Shown piece by piece: positions 23,869-36,870 of a stretch of DNA of 64,000 nucleotides. The position numbers and the translations under genes were made by a program. The notes beneath the pieces were generated by a model that made no database searches, was not told where the DNA came from, and was given only the letters and a program-made list of their open reading frames with translations. This DNA comes from Ranitomeya imitator (lineage: Eukaryota), in assembly GCF_032444005.1 (NCBI RefSeq), contig NC_091285.1:10292001-10356000 (forward strand), read 5' to 3'. Each line of letters opens with the position of its first letter. Positions within the stretch are counted from its first letter, which is position 1.

Positions 23869-26800
23869 GTAAGTGGTGCCGTCCTCTCGGATGGTGTAAT
23901 GGCTGATGCTGCAGATCCAGGCCACCGCCTGACGTTACACAATGCTGTTTACTGCAGATCTGCAGGATTCACATGGTGCAACGTCTGCTGCAGATCCCAG
24001 TGTCTGAGGGGGCAGCGAGACCCCCGACCCCCCGCACCTCCTCGGTCACATGTGATCTTATGTAATTGCCACAGTGTGTGTGATCCAAAATCAGGAGAGG
24101 AACAATCAGAGGAAAAGTATAATAGAAACACGAGCACCAACCTGTAGTATGACCCACGGCGGGTTTTGGCTACAAATATTGGTGTAAAATACTGACCAAA
24201 TACTGAACATGTGAACAGTGGCATAAAGCTAATACAAAGGTTACATTTATTACTCCAGAGCTGCACTCACTATTCTGATGGTGCAGTCACCGTGTACATA
24301 CATTACATTACTGATCCTGAGTTACAGCCTGTATTATACTCCAGAGCTGCACTCACTATTCTGCTGGTGCAGTCACTGTGTACATACATTACATTACTGA
24401 TCCTGAGTTACCTCCTGTATTATACCCCAGAGCTGCACTCACTATTTTGCTGGTGCAGTCACTGTGTACATACATTACATTACTGATCCTGAGTTACAGC
24501 CTGTATTATACTCCAGAGCTGCACTCACTATTCTGCTGGTGCAGTCACTGTGTACATACATTACATTACTGATCCTGAGTCACATCCTGTATTATACCCC
24601 AGAGCTGCACTCACTATTCTGCTGGTGCAGTCACTGTGTACATACATTATTATTCTTAATACTATTATAGTGCCATTTATTCCATGGCGCTTTACATGTG
24701 AGGAGGGGTATACATAATAAAAACAAGTACAATAATCTTGAACAATACAAGTCATAACTGGTACAGGAGGAGAGAGGACCCTGCCCGCGAGGGCTCACAA
24801 TCTACAAGGGATGGGTGAGAATACAGTAGGTGAGGGTAGAGCTGGTCGTTCAGCAGTTTGGTCGATCGGTGGTTACTGCAGGTTGTAGGCTTGTCGGAAG
24901 AGGTGGGTCTTCAGGTTCTTTTTGAAGGTTTCGATGGTAGACGAGAGTGATATGTTGTGGTAGAGGGTTCCAGAGTAGGGGGGATGCGCGAGAGAAATCT
25001 TGTATACGATTGTGGGAAAAGGAGATAAGAGGGGAGTAGAGAAGGAGATCTTGTGAGGAACGGAGGTTGCGTGCAGGTAAGTACCGGGAGACGAGGTCAC
25101 AGATGTATGGAGGAGACAGGTTGTGGATGGCTTTGTACGTCATGGTTAGGGTTTTGAACTGGAGTCTCTGGGTAATGGGGAGCCAGTGAAGGGATTGACA
25201 GAGGGGAGAGGCCGGGGAATAGCGGGGGGACAGGTGGATTAGTCGGGCAGCTGAGTTTAGAATAGATTGGAGGGGTGCGAGAGTGTTAGAGGGGAAGCCA
25301 CAGAGCAGGAGGTTACAGTAGTCAAGGCGGGAGATGATGAGGGCATGGACTAGGGTTTTTGCAGACTCTTGATTTAGGAATGTACGGATCCATGAAATAT
25401 TTTTGAGTTGAAGGCGGCAGGAAGTGGAAAGGGCTTGGATATGTGGTTTGAAGGCGAGATCAGTGTCAAGGATTACCCCGAGGCAGCGAGCTTGTGGGAC
25501 TGGGGAGAGTGGGCAGCCATTTACTGTAATGGATAGGTCGTTTGGGGGAGTCGAGTGATATTGGGGAAAGATGATGAATTCGGTTTTGTCCATGTTAAGT
25601 TTTAGAAATCTAGCGGAGAAGGATGAAATAGTGGACAGACATTGAGGGATTCTGGTTAGTAGGGTGGTGATATCTGGTTCAGAGATGTAGATCTGTGTAT
25701 CGTCAGCATAGAGGTGATACTTAAAGCCGTGAGATTCTATGAGCTGTCCCAGGCCAAAGGTGTAAATGGAGAAGAGCAGGGGCCCTAGGACTGAACCTTG
25801 CGGGACTCCCGACAGATAGGGGGCGAGGTGAGGAGGTGGTGTGTGAGTGGGAGACGCTGAATGTCCGGTCTGTTAGGTATGATGAGATGCAGGATAGGGC
25901 CAAGTCTGTGATGCCAAGGGATGAGAGGTTCCGCAGCAACAGAGAATGGTCCTCTGTCAAAGGCAGAGGACAGGTCCAGGAGGAGGAGGACAGAGTAGTG
26001 TCGCTTGCTCTTGGCAGTTAGTAGGTCATTGGTGACCTTGGGTAGGGCAGTTTCAGTGGAGTGGTGTGACCGGAAGCCTGATTGTAAGCAGTCGAAGAGG
26101 GAGCAGGAAGATAGATGGGAGGACAGTTCAAGATGGACGTGTTGTTCCAGTAGTTTTGAGGCAAAGGGGAGAAGTGATATAGGGTGATAGCTAGATACAG
26201 AGGATGGCTCAAGAGAGGGCTTTTTGAGGATAGGTGTGATGGAGGCATGTTTAAAGCTTGAGGGGAAAACACCAGTTGTTAGTGATAGGTTGAAGAGATG
26301 GGTTAGGGTTGGGATGAAGACTGTGGTGAGGTTTGGTGATGAAGTGGGATGGGAGCGGGTCAAGTGCACAGGTGGTGAGATGCGATCTTGAGAGTAGAGT
26401 GGAGAGTCGATCTGTAATGGTGGAGAAGTTGGTTTTGGAGGTTGAGGGCTGGGTAGTTGGGAGGAAGGGCTCTGGGGGTTGTTGACTAAAACTGTCTCTG
26501 ATGTTCTCAATCTTCTGCTTAAAAAATGAGGCAAAGTCTTCAGCTGAGATGAGTGGGGAGGGAGGAGGTGCTGGGGGACAGAGGAGAGAGTTGAAGGTGT
26601 TGAATAACTGTTTAGGGTTGTGAGACAAGGAGGATATGAGAGATGAGAAGGTTTGTTTTGCTGTGGCGAGTGTGGTCTTAAAAGTAGTGAGGGACTGTTT
26701 GAATGCGATGAAGTGCTCGTTGGAGTAGGATCTTTTCCATCTGCGCTCAGGAGCCCTGGAAGCTCGCCTCAGTTCTTTGGTCAGGCTGGTGTGCCAGGGC

Positions 26801-29800
26801 TGTCTGTTGATTTTCCGAGCTGTGGTATGTGTGAGAGGGGCAACAGATTCCAAAGCTACAGCTATTATGGTGTTGTATAGAGCGTCAGCGGCCTCCGCAT
26901 TGTGTAGGGAACTTATGTCTGTGAAAGAGAGGAGGGATTCAGAAAGGGAGTGTAGATCAAGGTGTAGGTGTTTAAGATTTCTGCGAGGGTGTGCAAGTTT
27001 GTGGAGTGGGGATTGTAGACAAGGAGTGGAGAGGGAAGAGAATGTGAGTAGGTTGTGGTCAGAAAGAGGAAGAGGTGAGTTAGAGAGGTTAGATAGAGAG
27101 CAGAGGCTTGTGAAGATGAGGTCCAGTGTGTGACCATCTTTGTGAGTGGCTGCAGAAGACCATTGAGTGAGGCCGAAGGAGGAAGTGAGAGATAGAAGTT
27201 TAGTGGCAGCTGAGAGGGAAGTGTCAATGGGGATGTTGAAGTCGCCCATGATGATAGTGGGGATGTCCGCAGAAAGGAAATTAAGTAGCCAGGTGGTGAA
27301 GTGGTCAAAGAAGGTGGTGGCTGGCCCTGGGGGGCGGTAAATGACAGCCAGTTGGAGGGGGAGTAGATGCGCACAGAATGCACCTCAAAGGAAGGGAGGG
27401 TAACAGAAGGTGGCAGTGGGATTGGGGTGAAGGAGCTGTTATCTGACAGGAGAAAACCAACTCCTCCGCCATGCTTGCTGCTGGGACAGGGTGTGTGAGA
27501 AAGGTGGAAGCCACCATGCGAAAGTGAAGCAGGAGAGGCTGTGTCAGAGGGGATGAGCCAGGTTTTGGTGATGGTGAGGAAGGAAAGTTTGGTAGTAACA
27601 AAAAGATCATGGATGTAGGAAAGCTTGTTGCGGACAGAGCGAGCGTTCCATAGAGCTCCTGTTAGTGGGACTGGGGAAGCGGGGGCTGGGTGAATGGGTA
27701 TAAGGTTAGAGAGGTTACGGAAATTTGTGATGCAGCGTGGATGGGAGGTAGAACTGACTGTGGGGATGTGGTGAGGAGGACCAGGATTTGGAGAGATGTC
27801 ACCAGCAGAGAAAGTGTTAGCAGGTGGGAGCAGGAGAGGGCATGAGGGGTCTGTATGTGTTTGGAGACAGAGGATTGTATGTTGAGGAACAGTTCTGAGG
27901 AGGTGGCGACATGGATGTGGAGGATTGAAGAAGAGATGAACATTTCCTTACTAGGTGTAGGGATTAGGGGAGTTAGCAGCAAGTGAAGAATTATAGGGGT
28001 GAGAGTGAAAACAAACAGAAACATTGTTTACAGTGACTGTGTCCAGTTACCTTCAGTTCCCTCCTGGTTTTAATTCTACATTAATCTTCACACTTATAGG
28101 ATACACACAGCAGACTAAAGTCATTGCAGACTCGTGCTATGCAATATATGTGCTACAAAGTGCATTCAGGTGTGAAGCAGAGAGGAGAGGTCATTCTATC
28201 ACTGATCCTGAGTTACCTCCTGTATTATACTCCAGAGCTGCACTCTCTATTCTCCTGGTATCAGGATCAGTAATGTTATGTACATTACCTACACAGTGAC
28301 TGCACCAGCAGAATAGTGAGTGCAGCTCTGGAGTATAATACAGGATGTAACTCAGGATCAGTAATGTATGTACACAGTGACTGCACCAGCAGAATAGTGA
28401 GTGCAGCTCTGGGATATAATATAGGATGTAACTCGGGATCAGTAATGTAATGTATGTACACAGTGACTGCACCAGCAGAATAGTGAGTGCAGCTCTGGGG
28501 TATAATACAGGATGTAACTCAGGATCAGTAATGTAATGTATGTACACAGTGACTGCACCTGCAGAATAGTGAGTGCAGCTCTGGGGTATAATACAGGAGG
28601 TAACTCAGGATCAGTAATGTAATGTATGTACACAGTGACTGCACCAGCAGAATAGTGAGTGCAGCTCTGGAGTATAATACAGGAGGTAACTCAGGATCAG
28701 TAATGTAATGTACGTGCACAGTGACTGCACCAGCAGAATAGTGAGTGCAGCTCTGGGGTATAATACAGGATGTAACTCAGGATCAGTAATGTAATGTATG
28801 TACACAGTGACTGCATCAGCAGAATAGTGAGTGCAGCTCTGGGGTATAATACAGGAGGTAACTCAGGATCAGTAATGTAATGTATGTACACAGTGACTGC
28901 ATCAGCAGAATAGTGAGTGCAGCTCTGGGGTATAATACAGGATGTAACTCAGGATCAGTAATGTAATGTATGTACATAGTGACTGCACCAGCAGAATAGT
29001 GAGTGCAGCTCTGGGGTATAATACAGGAGGTAACTCAGGATCAGTAATGTAATGTATGTACACAGTGACTGCACCAGCAGAATAGTGAGTGCAGCTCTGG
29101 GGTATAATACAGGAGGTAACTCAGGATCAGTAATGTAATGTATGTACACAGTGACTGCACCAGCAGAATAGTGAGTGCAGCTCTGGGGTATAATACAGGA
29201 GGTAACTCAGGATCAGTAATGTAATGTATGTACACAGTGACTGCAACAGCAGAATAGTGAGTGCAGCTCTGGAGTATAATACAGGATGTAACTCAGGATC
29301 AGTAATGTAATGTATGTACACAGTGACTGCACCAGCAGAATAGTGAGTGCAGCTCTGGGGTATAATACAGGAGGTAACTCAGGATCAGTATCAGTAATGT
29401 ATGTACACAGTGACTGCACCAGCAGAATAGTGAGTGCAGCTCTGGGGTATAATACAGGATGTAACTCAGGATCAGTAATATAATGTATGTACACAGTGAC
29501 TGCACCAGCAGAATAGTGAGTGCAGCTCTGGGGTATAATACAGGATGTAACTCAGGATCAGTAATGTATGTACATAGTGACCGCACCAGCAGAATAGTGA
29601 GTGCAGCTCTGGGGTATAATACAGGAGGTAACTCAGGATCAGTACGGGGTTATTCAGGAATATTTTGGTGGGTGCACATGGGGGGTGATTACTTATGCAC
29701 GGTTAGGCTCTGGAGCGCCTCTGGTGGTTGTTATGGACATTACCAGTTGGATAGAAGTAAAGCCAACGTCTCTGTGAAGACCACAGGTGTCAATTTCAGA

Positions 29801-32800
29801 CTCCCAAATCTGCCGGTGAACTACATTTCCCAGCAGGGAGTCGCACGGGTCGGTCTTTGTGGGTCGTTTCTGACTTTCTACAAAGAAATGTTGAGATTGG
29901 ATCAAACCTGTGACACATTGTAACAAGCAGGACAGAAGAGATCTGTGGTGACTGGACACAACTGCAACAAACCCTCAGCTGTGAATAGTTTTAGGACCAG
30001 ACAGGTTTTCTGCAATAATTGATGATGATTTCATGGTCTCAGTTCTTTTTCATTTTTATTTATTTTTTTATTTTTTCCACAGACAATCAAAAGGGAGGGC
30101 ATCAGAGGCGAGAGGCCGATGATTGGCGACAAAGTCAGCGTCCATTACACGGGGTGGCTGCTCGATGGGACCAAGTTTGACTCCAGCAGAGACCGAAAGG
30201 ACAAGTTTACCTTTGACCTGGGGAAAGGTGCGATCTGCAGGGACTGAGCGGCGCCACCTAATGGCTAATAATGGCCGACCCCTGCTCTGCGATGTGTGAC
30301 AGCGCCCCCTGCTGCTCAGCGTGCACATAGCCCCACAGACAGGGGATCTGATGGTTTTTCCTCCTTTTCCCCTAGGGCAGGTGATAAGGTCCTGGGACAT
30401 CGCTGTGGCCACTATGACAACTGGGGAGATCTGCACCATCACCTGTAAGCCAGAGTATGCGTACGGGGCGTCTGGAAGTCCCCCCAAAATACCCCCTAAT
30501 TCTGTGCTCACATTTGAGGTGAGATGGTTGTTCCCTGGTGGTCTAGGGCAGGGGAGAGGATAATGCCAGCCTCCCTGGTGGTCTAGGGCAGGGGAGAGGA
30601 TAATGCCAGCCTCCATGGTGGTGTAGGGCAGGTGAGAGAGGATAATGCCAGCCTCCCTGGTGGTCTAGGGCAGGGGAGAGGATAATGCCAGCCTCCCTGG
30701 TGGTCTATGGCAGGGGAGAGGATAATGCCAGCCTCCCTGGTGGTCTAGGGCAGGGGAGAGGATAATGCCAGCCTCCCTGGTGGTCTAGGGCAGGGGAGAG
30801 GATAATGCCAGCCTCCCTGGTGGTCTAGGGCAGGGGAGAGGATAATGCCAGCCTCCCTGGTGGTCTAGGGCAGGGGAGAGGATAATGCCAGCCTCCATGG
30901 TGGTGTAGGGCAGGTGAGAGAGGATAATGCCAGCCTCCCTGGTGGTCTAGGGCAGGGGAGGGATAATGCCAGCCTCCCTGGTGGTCTAGGGCAGGGGAGA
31001 GGATAATGCCAGCCTCCCTGGTGGTCTAGGGCAGGGGAGAGGATAATGCCAGCCTCCCTGGTGGTCTAGGGCAGGGGAGAGGATAATGCCAGCCTCCCTG
31101 GTGGTCTAGGGCAGGGGAGAGGATAATGCCAGCCTCCCTGGTGGTCTATGGCAAGGGAGGGATAATGCCAGCCTCCTTGGTGATCTAGGGCAGAGGTGAG
31201 GATAATGCCAGCCTCCCTGGTGGTCTATGGCAGGGGAGAGGATAATGCCAGCCTCCCTGGTGATCTAGGGCAGAGGTGAGGATAATGCCAGCCTCCCTGG
31301 TGGTCTATGGCAGGGGAGAGGATAATGCCAGCCTCCCTGGTGGTCTAGGGCAGGGGAGAGGATAATGCCAGCCTCCCTGGTGGTCTAGGGCAAGGGAGGG
31401 ATAATGCCAGCCTCCTTGGTGATCTAGGGCAGAGGTGAGGATAATGCCAGCCTCCCTGGTGGTCTATGGCAGGGGAGAGGATAATGCCAGCCTCCCTGGT
31501 GATCTAGGGCAGAGGTGAGGATAATGCCAGCCTCCCTGGTGGTCTATGGCAGGGGAGAGGATAATGCCAGCCTCCCTGGTGGTCTAGGGCAGGGGAGAGG
31601 ATAATGCCAGCCTCCCTGGTGGTCTATGGCAGGGGAGAGGATAATGCCAGCCTCCCTGGTGATCTAGGGCAGAGGTGAGGATAATGCCAGCCTCCCTGGT
31701 GGTCTATGGCAGGGGAGAGGATAATGCCAGCCTCCCTGGTGGTCTAGGGCAGGGGAGAGGATAACGCCAGCCTCCCTGGTGGTCTATGGCAGGGGAGAGG
31801 ATAATGCCAGCCTCCCTGGTGATCTAGGGCAGAGGTGAGGATAATGCCAGCCTCCCTGGTGGTCTATGGCAGGGGAGAGGATAATGCCAGCCTCCCTGGT
31901 GGTCTAGGGCAGGGGAGAGGATAATGCCAGCCTCCCTGGTGGTCTAGGGCAGAGGTGAGGATAATGCCAGCCTCCCTGGTGGTCTATGGCAGGGGAGAGG
32001 ATAATGCCAGCCTCCCTGGTGGTCTAGGGCAGGGGAGGGATAATGCCAGCCTCCCTGGTGGTCTAGGGCAGAGGTGAGGATAATGCCAGCCTCCCTGGTG
32101 GTCTATGGCAGGGGAGAGGATAACGCCAGCCTCCCTGGTGGTCTAGGGCAGGGGAGGGATAATGCCAGCCTCCTTGGTGATCTAGGGCAGAGGTGAGGAT
32201 AATGCCAGCCTCCCTGGTGGTCTATGGCAGGGGAGAGGATAATGCCAGCCTCCCTGGTGATCTAGGGCAGAGGTGAGGATAATGCCAGCCTCCCTGGTGG
32301 TCTATGGCAGGGGAGAGGATAACGCCAGCCTCCCTGGTGGTCTATGGCAGGGGAGAGGATAATGCCAGCCTCCCTGGTGGTCTAGGGCAGGGGAGAGGAT
32401 AATGCCAGCCTCCCTGGTGGTCTAGGGCAGGGGAGAGGATAATGCCAGCCTCCCTGGTGGTCTGAGGTAGAGGATAATGCCAGCATCCCTGGTGGTCTAG
32501 GGGAGAGGATAATGCCAGCTTCCCTGGTGGTCTAGGGCAGGGTAGAGGATAATGCCAGCCTCCCTAGTGTTCTAGGGCAGGGGAGAGGATAATGCCAGCC
32601 TCCCTGGTGGTCTAGGGCAGGGGAGAGGATAATGCCAGCCTCTGGGTAGAATAGTGCGTTGGTAGGAGGGGCCTCGTTGCAGAAGTCTTCACACCCTTTT
32701 CCTCTTAAATTTTTTTTGTGCTCACAGATCGAACTTTTCGATTTCCAAGGTGAAGATCTGTCCACAGAAGAAGATGGAGGAATCATCCGGAGGATCAGAG

Positions 32801-35800
32801 TGAAGGGCGAAGGATACTCCAAACCCAACGAGGGCGCGGTGGTAGAGTGTGAGTGCTCTCTGACCGTCCATATGTGGAAACTGTCAGCAAGTCGGTTATA
32901 TATCTGCCTGATGATGGTTTCCTTTTAATTTTTTTTTACCTGGTTATAAAACCACTGGCTGTACGGCTTGGTGCCCACCGGCTGGACGGTTTGAGGGGCT
33001 CAATTATGTGAGCTAATGTATAGTGACCAGAGACTACAACCGGGAGACCATCAGCATGGACCTCAATGGTAACCATATAGCAGTAGACCTGCTTGCTGAT
33101 GGTTTCCGCTCTGCCTTGTCACATTATAGTGAATCTTCAGGGGTCTCACGATGGACGTGTGTTTGATGAGCGAGACCTGCGGTTCGAGGTTGGAGAGGGC
33201 GAGGGTCTTGGAATCCCCCCGGGTGTGGAGACTGCGCTGCAACAGATGGAGAAGGGAGAGGAGGCCGTGCTGTACCTCAAGCCGAAGTGAGTGGATTTAA
33301 AGGGCCAGTGGCCATAAAGTAACATACTGTTTTGCAGCATTTTTGCTTTATGCCACTGTTGGTCTCTAGGTACGGCTTCGGCAGCGAAGGTTATGAACCG
33401 TTTCTCGTCCCGCCTAATGCGGAGCTACAATACGAAGTCAAACTTAGGAGCTTTGAGAAGGTTGGTATATAATCCTGGGGGGGGGGTGACTTTAGAATTA
33501 AAGGGGCGGTGTAGCAGAAGAAAAAGAGCGCCGCTCCTGTGTACAGGTTGTGTGTGGTATTGCTGCGATACCAGACACAACCCTCAGGCATGGTGGCGCT
33601 GTTTTAAAAGAAAGCAGCCATGTTTGTTCATGATAACACTTCTCTTCCTCAGGCCAAGGAATCCTGGGAGATGAACTCTGAGGAGAAGCTGGAGCAGGGG
33701 GCGCTGGTGAAGGAGCGAGGAACACAATACTTCAAGGTCCGTCTAACACACATTCCTTACGTCCTTTACTGCAGTCACACCCAGAGCTGCATTCAAAATT
33801 CTGCTGTCTGCCCCAACCAGCCCAAGAGAAAGTGCCTCCTATTGCCAGTACCGAACGAAATTCACAGACTTTGGGGCAGGGTCAATCAATCAAACCTCTG
33901 TACACGGTCCCCAATGTCCTTTTTCCCGGCCCCTGGGTAGGTTCCTGGAGACCACAGTGCTCAGGCTGCAAAAACGGACGCCGTCAATGACGGATTATGT
34001 CCTGATGCTGGCCAGGTCCAGTGCCCTGAGGTACTTTGCGGGGAAGGATGGGGGGGGGGGGGGTTGTGTGCTCAGGTCCCACCACCGATAGCCCCGGCCC
34101 CTCTTGTTTTTGTGCCCCCAGCCCCTCCTTTGGTGCATGTGCCCTCAACATCTCCTATGTGATGTATATGCTCCAGCCCCGGTGTCTCCTACATGACGCA
34201 TATATACTCCAGCCCATACTGCGTGATGTATATGCTTTATCCCGGCGTTTCCTGTGTGATGTATCTGGTCTAGTCCCAGCATATACTGTGTAATGTATAT
34301 GCTCCAGCACAGGCATCTCCTGCATGATGCATATATACTCCAGCCCATATTGTGTGATGTATATGCTCTAGCCCCTACGTTGCCTGTGTGATGTATATGC
34401 TCTAGCCCAAGCGTATACTGAGTAATGTATATGCTCCAGCCGCCGGCATCTCCAGCATGAAGCCTATATACTCCAGTCCCGGCGTTTCCTGTGTGATGTA
34501 TATGCTCTAGCTCTGGCGTTTCCTGTGTGATGTATCTGGTCTAGTCCCAGCATATACTGTGTAATGTATATGCTCCAGCACAGGCATCTCCTGCATGATG
34601 CATATATACTCCAGCCCATATTGTGTGATGTATATGCTCTAGCCCCTACGTTGCCTGTGTGATGTATATGCTCTAGCCCAAGCGTATACTGAGTAATGTA
34701 TATGCTCCAGCCGCCGGCATCTCCAGCATGAAGCCTATATACTCCAGTCCCAGCGTCTCCTGCGTGAAGCATATATACCCCTGCCACGGCGTCTCCTGCA
34801 CGATGCATATGCTCTAGCCACAGCGTCTCCTGCGTGATGTATATGCTCTAGCCCCGGCCTATACTGCGTAATGTATATGCTTTAGCCCTGGTGTTTCCTG
34901 CGTGAAGCATATATACTCCAGCCCCGGCATATACTGCGTAAAGCATATATACTCCAGCCCCGGCATATACTGCGTAAAGCATATACACTACAACCCTGGT
35001 GTTGTGATGTATATTCTTTAGACCTGGCTTCTCCTGCGTGATGCGTGTGCTCCAGCCCCGGCATCTCCTACGTCATATATATGCTCCAGCTTCTCCTGTG
35101 TGATGTATATGCTCTAGCCCTGGCGTCTCCTGCGTGATGTATATGCTCGTTGGCCCTGCATCTCCTACATGATGTATATGCTCCAGCCCCTGCATCTCCT
35201 ACATGATGTATATGCTCCAGACCCGGCAAATTGAAGCTGTTCTAGCCGTCACATTAGGGTGGAGTTAATTACTTTGACCAAATATAACACGGTCATTTTC
35301 TAGTTGATTTTGGATGGCCCCCGAATGATGGTAGTAAAAATCTCCAAATTGCCCGTGGCAGCAAAAAGTTTCCCCACCCCTGGTGTAGTGGAATATGCAC
35401 CAGGCACCACGATACTTTGCCAAGACTCCACTGAAGACTGCACGCAATTTCGGACAGATCCATTAACCCTAAATAACCCGATAGTTCCTTAACGCCTCTG
35501 CTCTCTTTTGACTCCGCTTCCTTCTTCGAACAACTACCTGTCCATCAACGGGTCGACATCTGGAGAGAAATATCCCCAAACAATGCAGCGTATGTCGGGG
35601 GCAGGTGGGCTCAGGAATTGTGACCTAAAACAAACTTTTTCTACCAGGTCGGCCGCTACCGCCAGGCGATCATCCAGTACAAGAAGATCATGCAGTGGCT
35701 GGAGCACGAGTCCGGACTCTCCGAGGAAGAGATGGAGAAGTCAAGGTCTCTGCTGCTGGCGGCCTCTCTGAACCTGGCGGCGTGCTACCTGAAGGTGGGG

Positions 35801-36517
35801 GAGCACCGGCCGGCCCTGGAGCACTGCAACAAGGTAATCGGTGGAAAGTTCTGTGAAGTTGGTGAGGACCCCTTTTAATAAGGGATTCTGGTGTGTCTTG
35901 AGACTTGTTTAACCCTTTCTTCCCCACCCTGCCTCCATCAGGCGCTGGACTACGACACCAACAACGAGAAGGGCCTGTTCCGCAGAGCGGAGGCGTACAT
36001 GGGGGTGAACGAGCTGGAGCCGGCCAAGGATGACTTGATGAAGGTGATCCAGCTGTACCCGGGGAACAAGGCGGCGCGGGCACAGCTCACCCAGTGCCAG
36101 CAGCGGATGCGGCAGCAGCACCAGCGGGAGAAGAAGATCTACGCCAACATGTTCCAGCGGCTGGCGGAGCAAGAGGAGAAGGTGAGCGGCCCTGACCGGA
36201 TACATATCGCGGCTCTGCCACCTGAGCAGTCACTCCAGACTGATACATTGTAACGAAGTGTCAGCGCAGGAAAGTAATTTTGCGCTTTGGGTTATTTAGC
36301 TCACAGAGCATTGTCCAGGCTGGATGCAATGGTAACAAACCCTCAACCGTGAGGTCAGCAATGGGGAAAAAAAATGAAAAAGTTGCTCTGTATTAACTCA
36401 CCGTCTTCCTTGTTTGTTTTACTGCAGGAATCTGTAAAAGTTCCAAAGGAGCCGCCACCGTCCGATGACCTGGAAATAAGCGAGGAAGCGACAGGAAACG
36501 GCACCTCGGAGGCGTAG
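23776..36517 (+). CDS. FKBP4: Peptidyl-prolyl cis-trans isomerase FKBP4 (FKBP52), complete: join(23776-23868,30083-30227,30376-30518,32728-32848,33130-33286,33370-33460,33653-33736,35648-35833,35942-36181,36428-36517), 449 aa
   Basis: MTAEEM start; FK1 ([25 protein letters not shown]), FK2 and three TPRs ([25 protein letters not shown]). GSPPK (Pro at the FKBP52 P119 position) and [13 protein letters not shown] favour FKBP4 over FKBP5. All introns GT-AG. Confidence 0.98.
24245..24649 (+). repeat. 86-bp minisatellite, left arm (about 4.7 units), FKBP4 intron 1
   Basis: Unit ACTCCAGAGCTGCACTCACTATTCTGCTGGTGCAGTCACTGTGTACATACATTACATTACTGATCCTGAGTTACCTCCTGTATTAT. Confidence 0.95.
24650..28190 (-). 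mobile_element. L2-clade LINE, near full ORF2 (APE endonuclease + RT) with frameshifts; second subfamily
   Basis: Minus-strand pieces: APE ([36 protein letters not shown]), RT ([31 protein letters not shown]), C-term (ISRLDYCN); same 3' stem-loop GCGCCAT-ggaataa-ATGGCAC but a different 3' UTR; 5' boundary approximate. Confidence 0.93.
28198..29645 (-). repeat. 86-bp minisatellite: about 0.7 forward unit (28198-28259), then about 16 inverted units
   Basis: Reverse complement of the 24245-24649 unit from about 28261; the 86-nt offset is visible in repeated ORFs. Confidence 0.95.
30083..30227 (+). CDS. FKBP4: FKBP4 exon 2
   Basis: ttccacag|ACA ATC AAA...AAA G|gtgcga; [48 protein letters not shown]. 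Confidence 0.96.
30376..30518 (+). CDS. FKBP4: FKBP4 exon 3
   Basis: cctag|GG CAG GTG...TTT GAG|gtgaga; [13 protein letters not shown]...[15 protein letters not shown]. Confidence 0.96.
30540..32642. repeat. 40-bp minisatellite (about 52 units) filling FKBP4 intron 3
   Basis: Unit GATAATGCCAGCCTCCCTGGTGGTCTAGGGCAGGGGAGAG plus a variant ending GCAGAGGTGAG. Confidence 0.97.
32728..32848 (+). CDS. FKBP4: FKBP4 exon 4
   Basis: cacag|ATC GAA...GAG T|gtgagt; [40 protein letters not shown]. Confidence 0.96.
33130..33286 (+). CDS. FKBP4: FKBP4 exon 5
   Basis: tatag|TG AAT CTT...CCG AA|gtgagt; [24 protein letters not shown]...[14 protein letters not shown]. Confidence 0.93.
33370..33460 (+). CDS. 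FKBP4: FKBP4 exon 6
   Basis: ctctag|G TAC GGC...GAG AAG|gttggt; [30 protein letters not shown]. Confidence 0.94.
33653..33736 (+). CDS. FKBP4: FKBP4 exon 7
   Basis: ctcag|GCC AAG...TTC AAG|gtccgt; [28 protein letters not shown]. Confidence 0.96.
34150..35222. repeat. Degenerate about 33-bp tandem repeat with a larger internal duplication, FKBP4 intron 7
   Basis: Recurring TGATGTATATGCTC(C/T)AGCCCCGGCATCTCCTGC; about 34250-34500 recurs at about 34520-34760. Confidence 0.8.
35648..35833 (+). CDS. FKBP4: FKBP4 exon 8
   Basis: taccag|GTC GGC...AAC AAG|gtaatc; [22 protein letters not shown]...LNLAACYLK...LEHCNK. Confidence 0.96.
35942..36181 (+). CDS. FKBP4: FKBP4 exon 9
   Basis: catcag|GCG CTG...GAG AAG|gtgagc; [18 protein letters not shown]...[18 protein letters not shown]. 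Confidence 0.96.
36428..36517 (+). CDS. FKBP4: FKBP4 exon 10 (coding part, stop TAG)
   Basis: ctgcag|GAA TCT...GAG GCG TAG; [29 protein letters not shown]. Confidence 0.9.
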   Translation, partial: ESVKVPKEPPPSDDLEISEEATGNGTSEA

Positions 36518-36864
36518 CGGGGCCCCGACCGCAGAGGGGGAGACGGTATATGCGGGGGGTCCGGCAGCGGCCTCCCTACTTTCTTCATTCCAGCCTTCAC
36601 TCATTATATCTCAGGATTTCTGCGCCCACCGGCCGCTCGCACAGCGAGGCACCGCCGGGGGGCGCTCTCGGGTTGGACGTTGTTTCTTTACACCCTCAAG
36701 GTTCTATGTTTTTATCCTCTTCATGCATCGGCCCCATGTTGGGGCCCCGATTTGTTTCGCGGAGCCCCGAACCTGACTTGAATCTCGAGGCCGCGACTCT
36801 TTTAGGTTTTTGGGTTTTTTCTGGGTTATTTCCTAATTTGTTTGATTTTTTTCTGTAAATACTT

Positions 36865-36870
36865 AATAAA
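36865..36870 (+). terminator. FKBP4 polyadenylation signal
   Basis: AATAAA about 350 nt after the stop codon, preceded by U-rich sequence. Confidence 0.7.

Noticed and set aside
23776-36517. Alternative call FKBP5
   Set aside because: Pro at the FKBP52 P119 position (FKBP51 has Leu), MTAEEM start and NSEEKLEQ fit FKBP4.
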